Origin: Carpediemonas membranifera BICM
Taxonomy: Eukaryota; Protista; Fornicata
Reading direction: 5' to 3'
DNA: 64,000 bases
Assembly (NCBI GenBank): GCA_019828565.1
Contig: JAHDYR010000033.1
Coordinates: forward strand, 160,369-224,368
The notes under the pieces were generated by a model. The model saw only the letters and a program-made list of their open reading frames with translations, made no database searches and had not been told where the DNA came from. The position numbers and the translations under genes were made by a program. Positions 35,439 through 46,457 of the stretch are shown piece by piece (within the stretch, counting starts at the first letter, position 1; each line of letters begins with the position of its first letter).

Positions 35439-36723
35439 TTACTCACTGTTCTGGATCACCAATTCGTACGACGAGTAACAGTCGGGACAGAGCCGAATCT
35501 TGGGAATCGACTTGCCACAGATGACAATCTTCAGCAGCTCCATCTGTACGCAGTTGGCAGAGTTACAGAACCAGTGCCCGCACTGCCTACAGTGCACGGC
35601 TGAGTCGTTGCGTCGGCATGCGTAACACTTCTTCTCATTGAGGCAATAGCTACACGTGTATTTCCAGCGACCCTTATTGGACTCGGCCCAGTTCTTGTTC
35701 TTTCCAGTCTTAGGCCGGGGAGGGACACAGCGTGAGTTGTCGTGGAAGTTCACTTTGCATTCCTGGCAAGTCACAAACTTTGACGTCACGCGATTGTCGA
35801 TCCAGTCCAGACTGTGGCAATGGCCGCAACAGAAACAAAGCAGCCTATTCTGAATGTCGAGAATCGAGAAAGAATCATCACCGACCTCAGACACATCGTC
35901 ATCGTTGTCCCCTTGGCTGGCCAGACGTGCCTCCACGGTGGCGAGCCTCTGATCGACACTCATCGCGACACGGTGAACATCGTGCAGCACAATCGACTCG
36001 CGAGGCGCTTGAGGGGAAGCTGGAGAGGGAACCGAAGTGGGACCGGACGATGAGTGCAGGAAAGGCTTCACTTTTCACGCAAAGCTCTTGCTTCACGTGT
36101 GTAAGGGCGGGGGTGGCAGGGTTGGGGATTTCAACTGTTCTGCACTTGCCCACAAATCTCTCCGGGTCATTGATATCGGGCACACAGAGATTAAAGTCTC
36201 GGGAGTCGAGATTATCTGGCACAGGAATATTGAGTCTCGACAGGACGGATCTGATCGCGCTGGTTAGCTCCGAACGGACTGGGCGAGGGAGCTCTTGCAG
36301 AGAGCATGGACAACCTTGGGTTTCCCGTCAGATATGGCCACAGTAACCCCCATCGTCTCAGCCCAATCTCGGACGTTCTTCGCAACAACCCTTCCCATCG
36401 AGACGCCAGGTTTCAACTTCAGCTCATCGAGGAAGTCCGGTGTTTCGGAGCACGGCTGAAGAAACGACACGATGATGTGGTTGAACGCATTTCCGAGCTT
36501 TTTTGATGGACAGGCCAGTTGGGTCTGAGTCAAAGACGTCAAACGCAAACGTGAAGAAGGCCTTAAGCATGCCCATCATGAGAATTGACCGGCAAGTACT
36601 CAAAGCGGTTGTGTTCCACTTCGTCATCGGTCTCGATCTCTTAGAAACAGCCTTAACTGCATGATCGTCCGCCATGTTCTCATTTACGGCCGCGCGCTTC
36701 GTTTCTAGCTCCGTTTCTGTCAT
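35439..36723 (-). CDS. PHD/zinc-finger protein (split over several frames), divergent from the transposase
   Basis: C..C...CQECKVNFH..RC...YTCSYC forms a PHD-like C4HC3 followed by a second Cys cluster. It is homologous to 46458-47681. Confidence 0.65.
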
Positions 36724-36820
36724 TCCAGAGTAGATTTTCTACTAAAAATTGGCATTGTTACAACCAATCATTAACATTAATAGAGAAGGAGAATAAAGAC
36801 TCACCAGCCCGCGGCCAATC

Positions 36821-39438
36821 GTGACTCAGGTTCGCATCAGACGTCGACAGAGACGAGTTAAACATGAGGCTGGGCAATTGTCTTCTGAGCTAATCCTTAA
36901 CCTTTCAAAGAGGATGCTAATACCGAAGTGGACGCTATTACACGGCACTATTTATGCTCCTCAAGAGGATACTGGCATCAACACCATTCTATGCAGCGTG
37001 TACCTTTCCATTGACTCAGATAACGTCAGCACACATCGGTTTCGTGTTTCCAAAGCTCCCCAACGCCGTGAGTTCGTCCAGGTTGTTCAAGAGTTGCTCA
37101 GTGCAGGATATATATGTCGCCAGGATGTTTCAAAGCAGCTGTACCCCTCTCCGACTGCCACATCTATCGCTGCGGAGAAGAGGAATCACACGACTTACCC
37201 AAGAGCCTACGTGAAGCATACATCCGCAGTTGACACTCTCGCAGCCGAGAATGAGTGTCTACGGAAGCGTCTGGCCGACACGGAGCGCCTGATTCAACTA
37301 ACGAACCAGCTCAAGTCCATCACAAACGGATACAATGCCGTTAACGACGAGATCCGCATAATGAACTCTCTTGCAGGTAGGCTTAACCTTGATATTGTGC
37401 GGATATCTCCTGTTACCTCGAAGATCAAGTCTCTCGCGTGTAATATCCAGAATATGGAGGAGATAGAATCACTTCTCCAATCTGACACCGCTTGGAGGAG
37501 ATTTATCCGCAGTCACGTTCCCGCCAACATTCAGCACAGGGTAACGGCGAGAAGGTCTGATCAGGCCAATCAGGAATATGAGCTCGACCTCATCACCCAT
37601 GTCGAAGCTCCTCTTGATGTTGTACGATCATCTATTCAGGGCGACTCGGCCCATGCAGAGCACGTTGCAGGAAAGATCGTCGTCTTCTATGACTCAGAGC
37701 AGGACCGTGAGACTCACTATAGCATCATGAAAGAGCAAGGCCTCACCCCTCGGATGCAGACGAGTGCAAGATATACCCATGTATATCATGCATCATTTGA
37801 TATCATGGAGTATTATCGCCAAGCGGTTGCATTCCCCGTATCGCTGGAGACGTCACGATCCGGGCGCAAGAGTGCAGCTCGGACATTAAGACGACAGAGT
37901 CATTCCGCTGAGACGGGGACGATCCCACTCGTGTTAGAGGTGTGGGTCGATGCGTGGAGAGGGCTGACAACCGCTGTTAAGATTCGTTTCCTCGACGACT
38001 CCCACAAAGTCTTTCCGTCTGGTGCGACTCCTCCTTTCCGGATTCTTGAATACAACGGCCCAGAAAGTCTCATCACTGAGCATTTTGCCTTCATTGAACA
38101 GTCCATCGAGAGCACACACCGCGAGGTGCTGGAAGTCAGGAACACGGGTCTCCTCTGCCGAGTAACGCGTGTCTTTATTATCGCTGACCATCCAGCCATG
38201 TCCAAGGTTTGCGGGGCACTCATTGGAGGCAATTACCCCTCGCCATTCAGTCCCGTTCATTCGAAGAACAAGGGCTGGAGTCCCTTTGGTCGCACCCCGC
38301 GCTGCACCTTGGCAGATATCCTGCTGGCGAAGCATAAGTCACAGTTCGACACTATTATGGACAGAGAGGCCAAATGGGGATCCTTCTATAACCATCAGAA
38401 GAAGTGCATCGCTCCCACTTTGTTTGAGACGTCGACTGCGTCGCTGCCCAGAGACTGCGTCTTCTTATTCCCTCCAATCATGCATGTCAGTCATGACTTT
38501 GTGTCGTTGATTCATGCCATGTGCCGCATGTTCAAGCCAGAGCCAATTGACCCAGAGAGCGACCCTCGTCAAATTAAGGAGGTGAAGGCAAGGAACGCGA
38601 TGCTAGCGAATCTGGCGTCGTTTGAGCCACCCAGCCGTACGACGGGCTGCAACGAGCAAGTCAAGGGGAGAAAGATGATAGCATCGATTGGACTTAAGCT
38701 GCATCGTGCGTTCCCGCCACCCCCGTGCAGTCATTATTCATACTCGCTGCATACCTCCAGGAGCACTACTATTCCCACGAGGATGTAACTGAGAACATGG
38801 TCGTGTGGCATCGCTTGACAGCACTTCTCGTGCACCTCTTCTCTGTGACCATGTGTCTTAGCACATCTAACACGGTTGCCCCAGACATTCCGATCCGTCA
38901 ACCATCTGCGACTCCCGATACGGCGCCGTGTGTTGATACACTTCACGGATTGGCGCGTATTGCCGCGCTGCCGGATATACAAGCGAAGACTCGGGCTTCC
39001 TTTGGTCGAGTCATCGAAGAGTGCTTTGAACGTGATTTCATTGGGAATCAGGAGAGTCGAGTGCGATTGCGTCAGAACCAGACGGTTCTTGAGAGCACTA
39101 TTCTGAAGGAGCAGGTTGAGTTGCTGTTCAGATGCCTTCGTGGAGTGATTTCCTACGGAAGACGCGAAACAGATGTCCCACCCCAGTCACCCCTGAAACA
39201 TATGCGCATTCATAAGTGTTGTAAGGATGCCAATTGGTGGCTTCGTATCCGGAGTGTGCATTCTAAGACGCTGACAGCGACTGAGTGCCAAAAGCTGCAC
39301 ATGGTGTTTACGAAGGAAGTCAACGGCCTATGGCGCACTGTCTTGTCGAAAGCAGACTGTACCTTTGACTCAGACTGGCTGTATGTTCCCATTCACGAGC
39401 AGGGACACACTCTTGATGTTTGCATATGTAAGAGATAG
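36821..39438 (+). CDS. DDE transposase-like protein, CMC (EnSpm/Chapaev/Mirage) / Transib / RAG1-related; frameshift at the C-run near 38720
   Basis: Motif order VLEVWVD, FIIADHPAMSKVCG..GGNYPSPFS, PPIMH, LHGL, IEECFER parallels D..DxPA..CxxC..H..H..E of this group. The CxxC is degenerate. Confidence 0.6.
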
Positions 39439-40588
39439 TAAAGATCGGATTTAGTCTCGCGGTCAATCTCACGTGGCCCAGAGCAGCGTGCTCCTGGAAT
39501 CAACAGGGCATAAAACACCCTGCGTATTCCGGTAGCACACCGTTCTGACTCATACGTCCGTCTCTGGTTGTCGTATACAGGTCTATTTACGTGTTTGGCG
39601 ATGGCGCTCCCTTAAATCTGCTTGAACAGCGTGTCGTGGCTGTCAGTATGCTGCAAATGTCTCAGCGAGAAAGGAGTCACCAATCGCGTTCAGCTTTCTT
39701 GTTTCTCGCCTGATAAGGCTCGTAATATCGTTCAAGCGTGAATCTATGAAGTAATGGGACTGAATGGCCTCTATTGCGTCAATTTCTTGCGTAATCGTTG
39801 TTGAATGGCCTAGAATAGATGTTGCAGCTGCTTCCAGCTCCTGTTGCATGCTAAATGCTGTGTTTTGGACAATTGGTCGTGTTCAGGCAGATTTTTTTCG
39901 TGCAAAGTGCAGGCTAATACGCGCCCTTAAACTGTGGGATCAGCCGCTGGGTAAATATACTGAGAAAAAACCATATAGCTGAGTTCACTGTCTTGTGCTG
40001 AATACGGTGGCGCCATTTATTTCTCTGAATCGCTAAGTTTTGTCAGCGTTGACCGCGCACGACCGGTCGTCCTTACGCGATGTCACCAACACCATCATAT
40101 TCTTCCCCCTGATATTCTACGTGTCCCCCAGTCTGGATTCGTGGTCTGCAATATTCACAGAGATATTCGCCTTCTCTTTCGCGAATTTGACTCTGATCAA
40201 GTCGAAAACCGAAAAAACGACCATATCTCGAAATCTACACGTTGGAATCGGTACCAGAGTGATTTTGCGCATATGTACATCCCGTCAGCAGTCTGCAAAA
40301 TCACTCTCATACCGATTCCAACGTGTCAATTTTGAGATATTGCTCGTTTCATCGTTTTGCCTTAACCTGCGTCGCAAAGAAGTCGAAATCAGTGCTTAGA
40401 CCGCACTGGACCTCTTTACAGGCTCTCTGCATACGCGCTTTAGTATGCAATGAAGGTATTCATTTTCCCGTAAATTGTTTAAATTCAATGAATACTTCAT
40501 TTTCGGTCCGGAAGAAATAGATAATCTAGGTTTTTTAGGCCCTAGATTATCTAGAAAAAATCGTAGATTATCTACCGACTTTCACAGT

Positions 40589-40963
40589 ATGAGAGGAGTT
40601 GATGACATCGATCATCGCTTCTTCATGTTTGTTCACCCAGTGTTGCCCAGGTATTTACCCAGATTGGTTGCGATTCGTGACTGCAAGACTGATTCCATCA
40701 TTTCGGCCTTGTTGCTCACGAAGGAGTCATACAACACCGAAGCTACTGATGAAACCCCTTCCGAGCTGCGCCAGGACTTATATGTTGTGGTTATTCGCAC
40801 GGCATTCTATGCCAGGGGCAATGGTCTCGCCACGATTCTTCTTTCGGTTGCCTCTGCCGGACAGAGGATCCGCCTGCAGTGTGTAAGTTCTCTTGTGCCA
40901 GCCTACCAGCGTATGGGGATGTCCATCTCCAAGCAAAAAGTCCACGATGGAGTACCTGGATGA
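40589..40963 (+). CDS. GNAT-family acetyltransferase-like protein
   Basis: LYVVVIRTAFYARGNGLATILL (acetyl-CoA motif A, RxxGxA) and LVPAYQRMGM (motif B). Confidence 0.7.
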   Translation: MRGVDDIDHRFFMFVHPVLPRYLPRLVAIRDCKTDSIISALLLTKESYNTEATDETPSELRQDLYVVVIRTAFYARGNGLATILLSVASAGQRIRLQCVSSLVPAYQRMGMSISKQKVHDGVPG

Positions 40964-41432
40964 TGCGAAACTGGTGACCATGGAGGCAACATACGGCCCG
41001 AACAAGTGGACGAAGCTCGGTGAGAGTCTCGTTGCTTGCCATGGATATGCCATGAAGTCCTGGAGGGCTCCCCCGTCCGTCGACTACGGTACGGCTTTTC
41101 ACTTCTGTGGACCAGGTCCAGCCTCCCCCAAAGAGAACCCAAGCCACCCAACCCACCCTGCCCACCAAGCCCTCGGACAAGCTCAACCGCTACATTAAGC
41201 GTCTGAGGAAGAGTGTTACCCCGCACCCGACGCGCAAGAAGCAACGTGAGATAATCATCGCCCTTTACGACAGCAACCGAAGGGATTTGGTCCAAAAGAT
41301 CGTGGATAAGAGATCAAAGATGCGTAAGGATTACCAGAAAGAGAACTATTTCGAGGAAGAGTGGTACCATCTGCTGTCTGAGAAGGAAGATGAGGAAGAG
41401 AATGAAGATTAAATGAAGAAGCAGTCGATTTA

Positions 41433-42119
41433 TTACTCATTTGAGTTGACGTTAGCTGCGTGGAAGAGCAGGAGGCTCGCGTAAACGGGTATACGCAGAA
41501 CATCACGAGCCTCTGCAGCGGCACGGGCAGCGTTCCTCTTCTCAATCACAGCGGCGAGGTCCTTGAAGGTCTTCGAGTGCTTCTTGAGGACAAGCTGCGG
41601 ACGCTCGAAGATGAGCTTAGAGTCCTTGCGGCACACACTCTCCAGAAGGACCTCTCTGACCTTGTCGACAGAGATACCAAGCCTCTGGGCGACGAAGGCG
41701 TAAGCGCGGGGGCGGACCGACTGAGGGATGCCGTGGAACAGCTCGCGGTACTCACGGACAGTTGCCAAGAGAGGGCTGCCATGGTCGACCTCATCTCCTT
41801 CGGCGTCCAGGCTGATGAGGGCCCTGAAGCGCTTCTCCTTGGCCTCAGAAGACTCGCCCTTGTACTGCGCCATGATCTGCTCAATGCTATCGAGAGAACG
41901 GAACTCCGCTTCATCCCTAAGATCCTCCGGAACGAATGTGGGGAGGTCATTGGGGCGTCTGTCAACCACCTCATTGCAAATGCGGTTTCCGGTGGCGACA
42001 TCGGCAGCGGAGATGCTTCCAGCAGCGTGCTCCTTTTCTAAGTAAGTAGAAATCATTTCCACAGCGTTTAGACGCTTTCTGCCCTTGCTCTTAGCAGTAT
42101 TACTCCGTTTCGGAGGCAT
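41433..42119 (-). CDS. Hypothetical protein with a possible HTH, in the position held by the YR-like gene in the other cassettes
   Basis: 228-aa ORF with a basic NLS-like N-terminus and AYAFVAQRLGISVDKVREVL. Confidence 0.55.
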   Translation of the reverse strand: MPPKRSNTAKSKGRKRLNAVEMISTYLEKEHAAGSISAADVATGNRICNEVVDRRPNDLPTFVPEDLRDEAEFRSLDSIEQIMAQYKGESSEAKEKRFRALISLDAEGDEVDHGSPLLATVREYRELFHGIPQSVRPRAYAFVAQRLGISVDKVREVLLESVCRKDSKLIFERPQLVLKKHSKTFKDLAAVIEKRNAARAAAEARDVLRIPVYASLLLFHAANVNSNE

Positions 42120-42135
42120 AACGTTTCTTCAAGGT

Positions 42136-42550
42136 GCACTTTATGCTCGCAACGAAATTAGAAAACCAAACGAAGAAAGGAGAAGAGTATCGATCCTCAA
42201 ACGCTGGCAAGCATGTGTATATCACTAAAACAACATCATGAGAGCTCTGTGGCCTCGAATGGCCTGTAATAGAACCTAAACAACATCAACAATTGTAACT
42301 CGTCGAGGAAGCGTTGAGATGAACTATAAACGCGGGAATGGATCAAACAATGGATTTAAGAGTGGCATACAAGGCCAGAATACCGCAATTATCGTCCGTT
42401 GATCCACGTGACCTCCATCTTGGTCGGTATCCAGAGAAAGCCCTTCAGACGCTCGCAACACAACATTTAGAAGACTTATCGTGAATGGCTCCTTCCATGA
42501 TGGACCTTCACCTGGACATGCCATCTCTGACATGTCCAATGGTCTCCATT
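42136..42550 (+). other. Conserved intergenic element, copy 3 (diverged)
   Basis: It starts gcactttatgctcgcaacga and carries the identical core at 42402-42438. Confidence 0.85.
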
Positions 42551-42648
42551 GAGCTCGCATTCATCCCTCTGAGCATCCGCCCCATGGTCCAATCAGATGC
42601 CCAATCAAAATTCTGCACCGAAGTGCCCCGAGGACCTCCTCTGAGTTC

Positions 42649-42813
42649 ATAAGGCTCTCAGAGCCTTATACACCAATTCGAAATCGTGTATAAGGCTCTC
42701 AGAGCCTAATGAATCTCCCGCGCCGTTGCCTACTGATACTGGTCATTTTTCCGCATGGTTTATTAGGCTCTCAGAGCCTTATGAATTTTTTCATTAGGTC
42801 CTGAGAGCCTTAT
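42649..42813. promoter_or_regulatory. Four copies of palindrome ATAAGGCTCT-C-AGAGCCTTAT upstream of OTU paralog 3
   Basis: Copies at 42649-42669, 42690-42710, 42762-42782 and 42793-42813, with the ATG at 42818. The regulatory role is inferred. Confidence 0.6.
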
Positions 42814-42817
42814 AATC

Positions 42818-44182
42818 ATGCAATCGGTTTTCGACTTCTACATGCTCTTGAAGCGTTCGAAAACGTTTGGTAAGCAGTTCTTTATCTTCTATGACAGCGC
42901 TGAGATTAGTCAGGCCTCATCAAACGCGCAGGAGATGATCAAGTGCTCACTTCTTCGTAAGTTCCTTCTGCCCGATGACAAGATCCTCACCGCCCTTCTT
43001 CGTGATCGTAAGTACTTTCCCCATACCTTTTTACACAGATATTGGCTGGAAAACGCTTCGCAAGCTCTTCAGGTCGCCTCACCTTATCCTGCACCTAAGA
43101 GAAACTGCCGAGGCTCAGCTTGAGCTGATCACGACATCGGCTGAGCTGAAGAAGGTCATGGGAGATCATGCCTACGACAGCCTTGTCCAGAAGGTCCGCC
43201 GAGAAGTGTCTTCGGATCACGAGCACGACGTTGGAGGTAAGTACTCCAAATAACTCCTGCTTATTCAGTCCTTTCGCTGCTCCGTGAGCGCATAATGCGC
43301 AAGGTGAAGCCAGGAAGGTCGGGGGTCGTCCGTTCGTTCAAGAACAACGCCGAGCCTGAGCTGTCGGACCCGGTCGACGTGCAGTTCGACCGGATAAGGC
43401 ACCTGGACGCGCTTCTGATGGACTCTCCCGTCCACAGAAGTACCCTGAGTGGCACATCGCGCCTCCTGCGCCGCCATCTTGCCGTGGAACACAACGGTGC
43501 GATCCGTGATTTGAAGAGGGAGCTTTGGCAAGCCCGGGCCAAGATTGAAAAGCTCGAGACGGAGAAGCTTGTGCCCTTGAAGAAGGAGGCTGAGGTCATA
43601 GACCTGGATCGGGAGGCTTTGGTGGCCGCAGACCCCAAAGATGACGTCCAGACCATCATGGAGAAGACCGCTAAGAAGTTTAAGAACGATACAAGCTCTC
43701 TGAAGCGGTCTGAGGTGCCTGGGGATGGCTCATGCATTCTCAGCGCCATGCATCTCATCAGGACTGGGTCCCAGCCTACTGTTGGTGAGAAGCTTCAGCT
43801 GTACGAGGACATCCGATCCTTCTGTGAGGGCAAGGGGTTCGAGGGCGACCCGTTCTCTGAGATGCCTGGCTCCCCTTTCCCCTGGGCAGACCATGAGGCC
43901 ATCCAGGCCAGTGTAGAGCTGAGTCACACTCCGGTAATCATCACCCAGATCGACGAGGACCTTACCTGCCTCTGGGTCCACAAAGGTTGGGAAGATTCAG
44001 AGTTCTTGCCCATCCAGGATGCGACGCTGGACAAGATCTTAGGTCTTTGTGAGAGCATGAAGCTCACTCAGTTCATCGTCATCGAGAATCGTCATGCCTG
44101 TGTCTACAGTCTTCCGGACCGCAAGCGCAAGGCAGAGCCCGAGAAGCGTGCTACTCGTCCGGAGGATGTCACCCGCTCATAA
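42818..44182 (+). CDS. OTU-like protease paralog 3; exons 42818-43007, 43039-43236, 43269-44182
   Basis: Two GTAAGT..CAG introns (31 and 32 nt) join three ORFs in frame. EVPGDGSCILSA and VIENRHACVY are OTU motifs, and VDVQFDR is shared with paralog 1. Confidence 0.85.
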
Positions 44183-44212
44183 ATGATTGATTGAATTGAT
44201 ATCTCTTCAAGT

Positions 44213-45319
44213 TTATTCACTCTTGCCTTGAGTCATGCGCGCAGTGTGGAAGCGCTTACGGGCGGGGTTGGACTTGGTCTTCCGCTTGCGGGGCTGCGGC
44301 TTGACCTGCAGTATTTTGAACTGCTCCACCTTTCGAGCGAGGTAGTGAGGGTCATCTATGGCGAGACTCTTGAAGCGAGCAATCGGGTGCTCCTCTTCAT
44401 CGGCCTCAAAGTAGGTCTCGCCATAATCGATGCGCAAGAACTCGCCGCGAACGATGTTGGCAGTGGCCCTGACCGATATCACTGGCAGGCCATCCACCAA
44501 GACGTCCACGAACTCACAGTTGACATCGTCAGGGCTGTGGTTAATCAGGTGGACACCCGCTGCGGCCGACATGGCATCGACGGCGACCTGACTGTCAGCG
44601 AATGACATGCTGTGTAATGGTAATGGAATATGCGAAACAAACACCATCTGGCCGTTGTTGCTGGCCGTCTCAGCATCGGGAATCAGCTTCCCGAAGTATA
44701 TGCCGAGACATGTGCCAGCTGAGATATCCTCAGTGGCAATCATGCCTCGGCCGACGCTCTGCGTCCGATTGAGGGCCGGATGGTCGGGCTCCTGGGTCAG
44801 ACGGGGGTCGCAACGGGTCTCGGATGAGATCCAGGCCGGAGCAGGAATGGCCTGAAGGCTTATCTCATCCGAAATCAGCCGCTTGACGTCCTGCAGGTCT
44901 GAACCCGGGTAAACATGCGTCCACCTAGGGTGGACGTGCATGACGGACCCCTCGACGGAGTCCTCCTCGGCTTCAGACGAGCTGGATGAATGGGAAGGCG
45001 ACTCGGGAGGCGGAGGAGGAGGAGAATCTTGCTCCTTACCATCCTCGGGCGACTCGGGAGGCGGAGGAGGAGGTGATGCTGCCGTTACAGTCGTTTCCGC
45101 AGGACGTTGATCCTGCGGAGAAGCAGATGACTCAAAAGTCTTGTTGGGTGGATTTTGAGTCCTTCTCTTACCTACCGGTTGCTGCTTCCTTGCGGACATC
45201 TTTCTTCTCGCCATATCTTCGTTCTCTTTTTTTTTCTCGCAACTCCCGATCCGAAGAACAGGCGCATCGCTGATCAGATCCGAACAATACTGCAGTAGCA
45301 TGCATAAATAGTGTAGCAA
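44213..45319 (-). CDS. SET-domain lysine methyltransferase
   Basis: GRGMIATEDI..G..LGIYFG, LINHS..VNC and EFLRIDYGETYF. The true start is probably an internal Met. Confidence 0.9.
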   Translation of the reverse strand: MLHYLCMLLQYCSDLISDAPVLRIGSCEKKKENEDMARRKMSARKQQPVGKRRTQNPPNKTFESSASPQDQRPAETTVTAASPPPPPPESPEDGKEQDSPPPPPPESPSHSSSSSEAEEDSVEGSVMHVHPRWTHVYPGSDLQDVKRLISDEISLQAIPAPAWISSETRCDPRLTQEPDHPALNRTQSVGRGMIATEDISAGTCLGIYFGKLIPDAETASNNGQMVFVSHIPLPLHSMSFADSQVAVDAMSAAAGVHLINHSPDDVNCEFVDVLVDGLPVISVRATANIVRGEFLRIDYGETYFEADEEEHPIARFKSLAIDDPHYLARKVEQFKILQVKPQPRKRKTKSNPARKRFHTARMTQGKSE

Positions 45320-45403
45320 TGAAGGTATACCTCTTTACTTGGATCAAAAGCTTGTCCTTTGCTTCAAATCAAAATGTGCCATTCATGAAAAAAAAAAGGC
45401 ACA

Positions 45404-46414
45404 TTGCAAATGGACGAGAAATACGGAGAATTCGGCACGCGACGCATCAGTAAGGACCAAGAAGTCTTTGAATGTGTCTGTGGTAAGGTTCAGCTCAGGC
45501 GTGGACATCGCGGGATCGGTTTCAAGTCTTCTTCCTCTCACGAGTGTCCTTTTACAACAGAGAAGTTGATTAACCGACGGGTGCTAATCACCATCGAGCC
45601 GCTGCATGGTTTCGAGACCCCGACTCAGCCCTACCCCGTCTTCCGCGTGGAAAGTCTTGCCAACTCATCTGGCTATCATTTCAAGCTCAAGACGGCTCTA
45701 GAGCTCGTTGATGATGAGTGGCTGACTGCCGTTGCCCGCACCTTTAAGTCTACGTCCCATCTGGCCGAGGTACTTGAGGAGTTGGCGTCGCAGTACTCTA
45801 ACTTCGACACTTACTGGGTGATATCGGGTCATTCTGATACAGAAACGTCGCGTATGATCATTGATACGTCTACGAACGAGTTTCTGTATCACCATGATCT
45901 GGTCCAGCTCATCCTCAGGTCATTCGAGAGCCCTTCCTTGGTGAGATCGACGCGTGTGCGTCTGATTTACTTTGCCACCTGCTCCGGACTCGACAGATCT
46001 GAGGAGTCTCAGCTGTGCAGTGCTATTTCGACAGCCAAGTACAAGAACACATGCATTATCCTCACTCCTGAGAAGGTTCTGGCGCATGAGCTTGTTCTCC
46101 AGGACGCCTATTGGCTCTACCGCGTGACATGCCTCGACAATCCTCTTTTCTTTCTGACGAAGTACTTCTCTGGCTATCGTTTCGCGCCTGGCTCAGCAGG
46201 AAGACGGATTATAGCCAATGGTTCCTTGTCATTTCCCAACGAGGCCAGGGTCATCATGTCTGAGACTAGCTATGCCCGGCCCATTCCTCTTCCTGAAATG
46301 CAAGACATCGTTTCTGATGTCAACGAGTATGACCCGTTAAGAACCGACCAGAGAAGACTTATGAATGATCGATACATAAGCATGATGACCCGTGCGCTTG
46401 AGAGAGACGTGTAG
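45404..46414 (+). CDS. Hypothetical protein
   Basis: 336-aa ORF, divergent from the SET gene. No motif recognised with confidence. Confidence 0.6.
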   Translation: MQMDEKYGEFGTRRISKDQEVFECVCGKVQLRRGHRGIGFKSSSSHECPFTTEKLINRRVLITIEPLHGFETPTQPYPVFRVESLANSSGYHFKLKTALELVDDEWLTAVARTFKSTSHLAEVLEELASQYSNFDTYWVISGHSDTETSRMIIDTSTNEFLYHHDLVQLILRSFESPSLVRSTRVRLIYFATCSGLDRSEESQLCSAISTAKYKNTCIILTPEKVLAHELVLQDAYWLYRVTCLDNPLFFLTKYFSGYRFAPGSAGRRIIANGSLSFPNEARVIMSETSYARPIPLPEMQDIVSDVNEYDPLRTDQRRLMNDRYISMMTRALERDV

Positions 46415-46457
46415 TAAACAGATATATATACAATTTATGATCATCTCTCACTAAACA

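Noticed and set aside
40928-41030. Myb/SANT-like fragment (DDAKLVTMEATYGPNKWTKLGESL)
   Set aside because: Only a partial repeat is present and the gene structure is unresolved.
42649-42813. CRISPR-like array
   Set aside because: Spacers are 20, 51 and 10 nt, there are no cas genes, and the context is eukaryotic.
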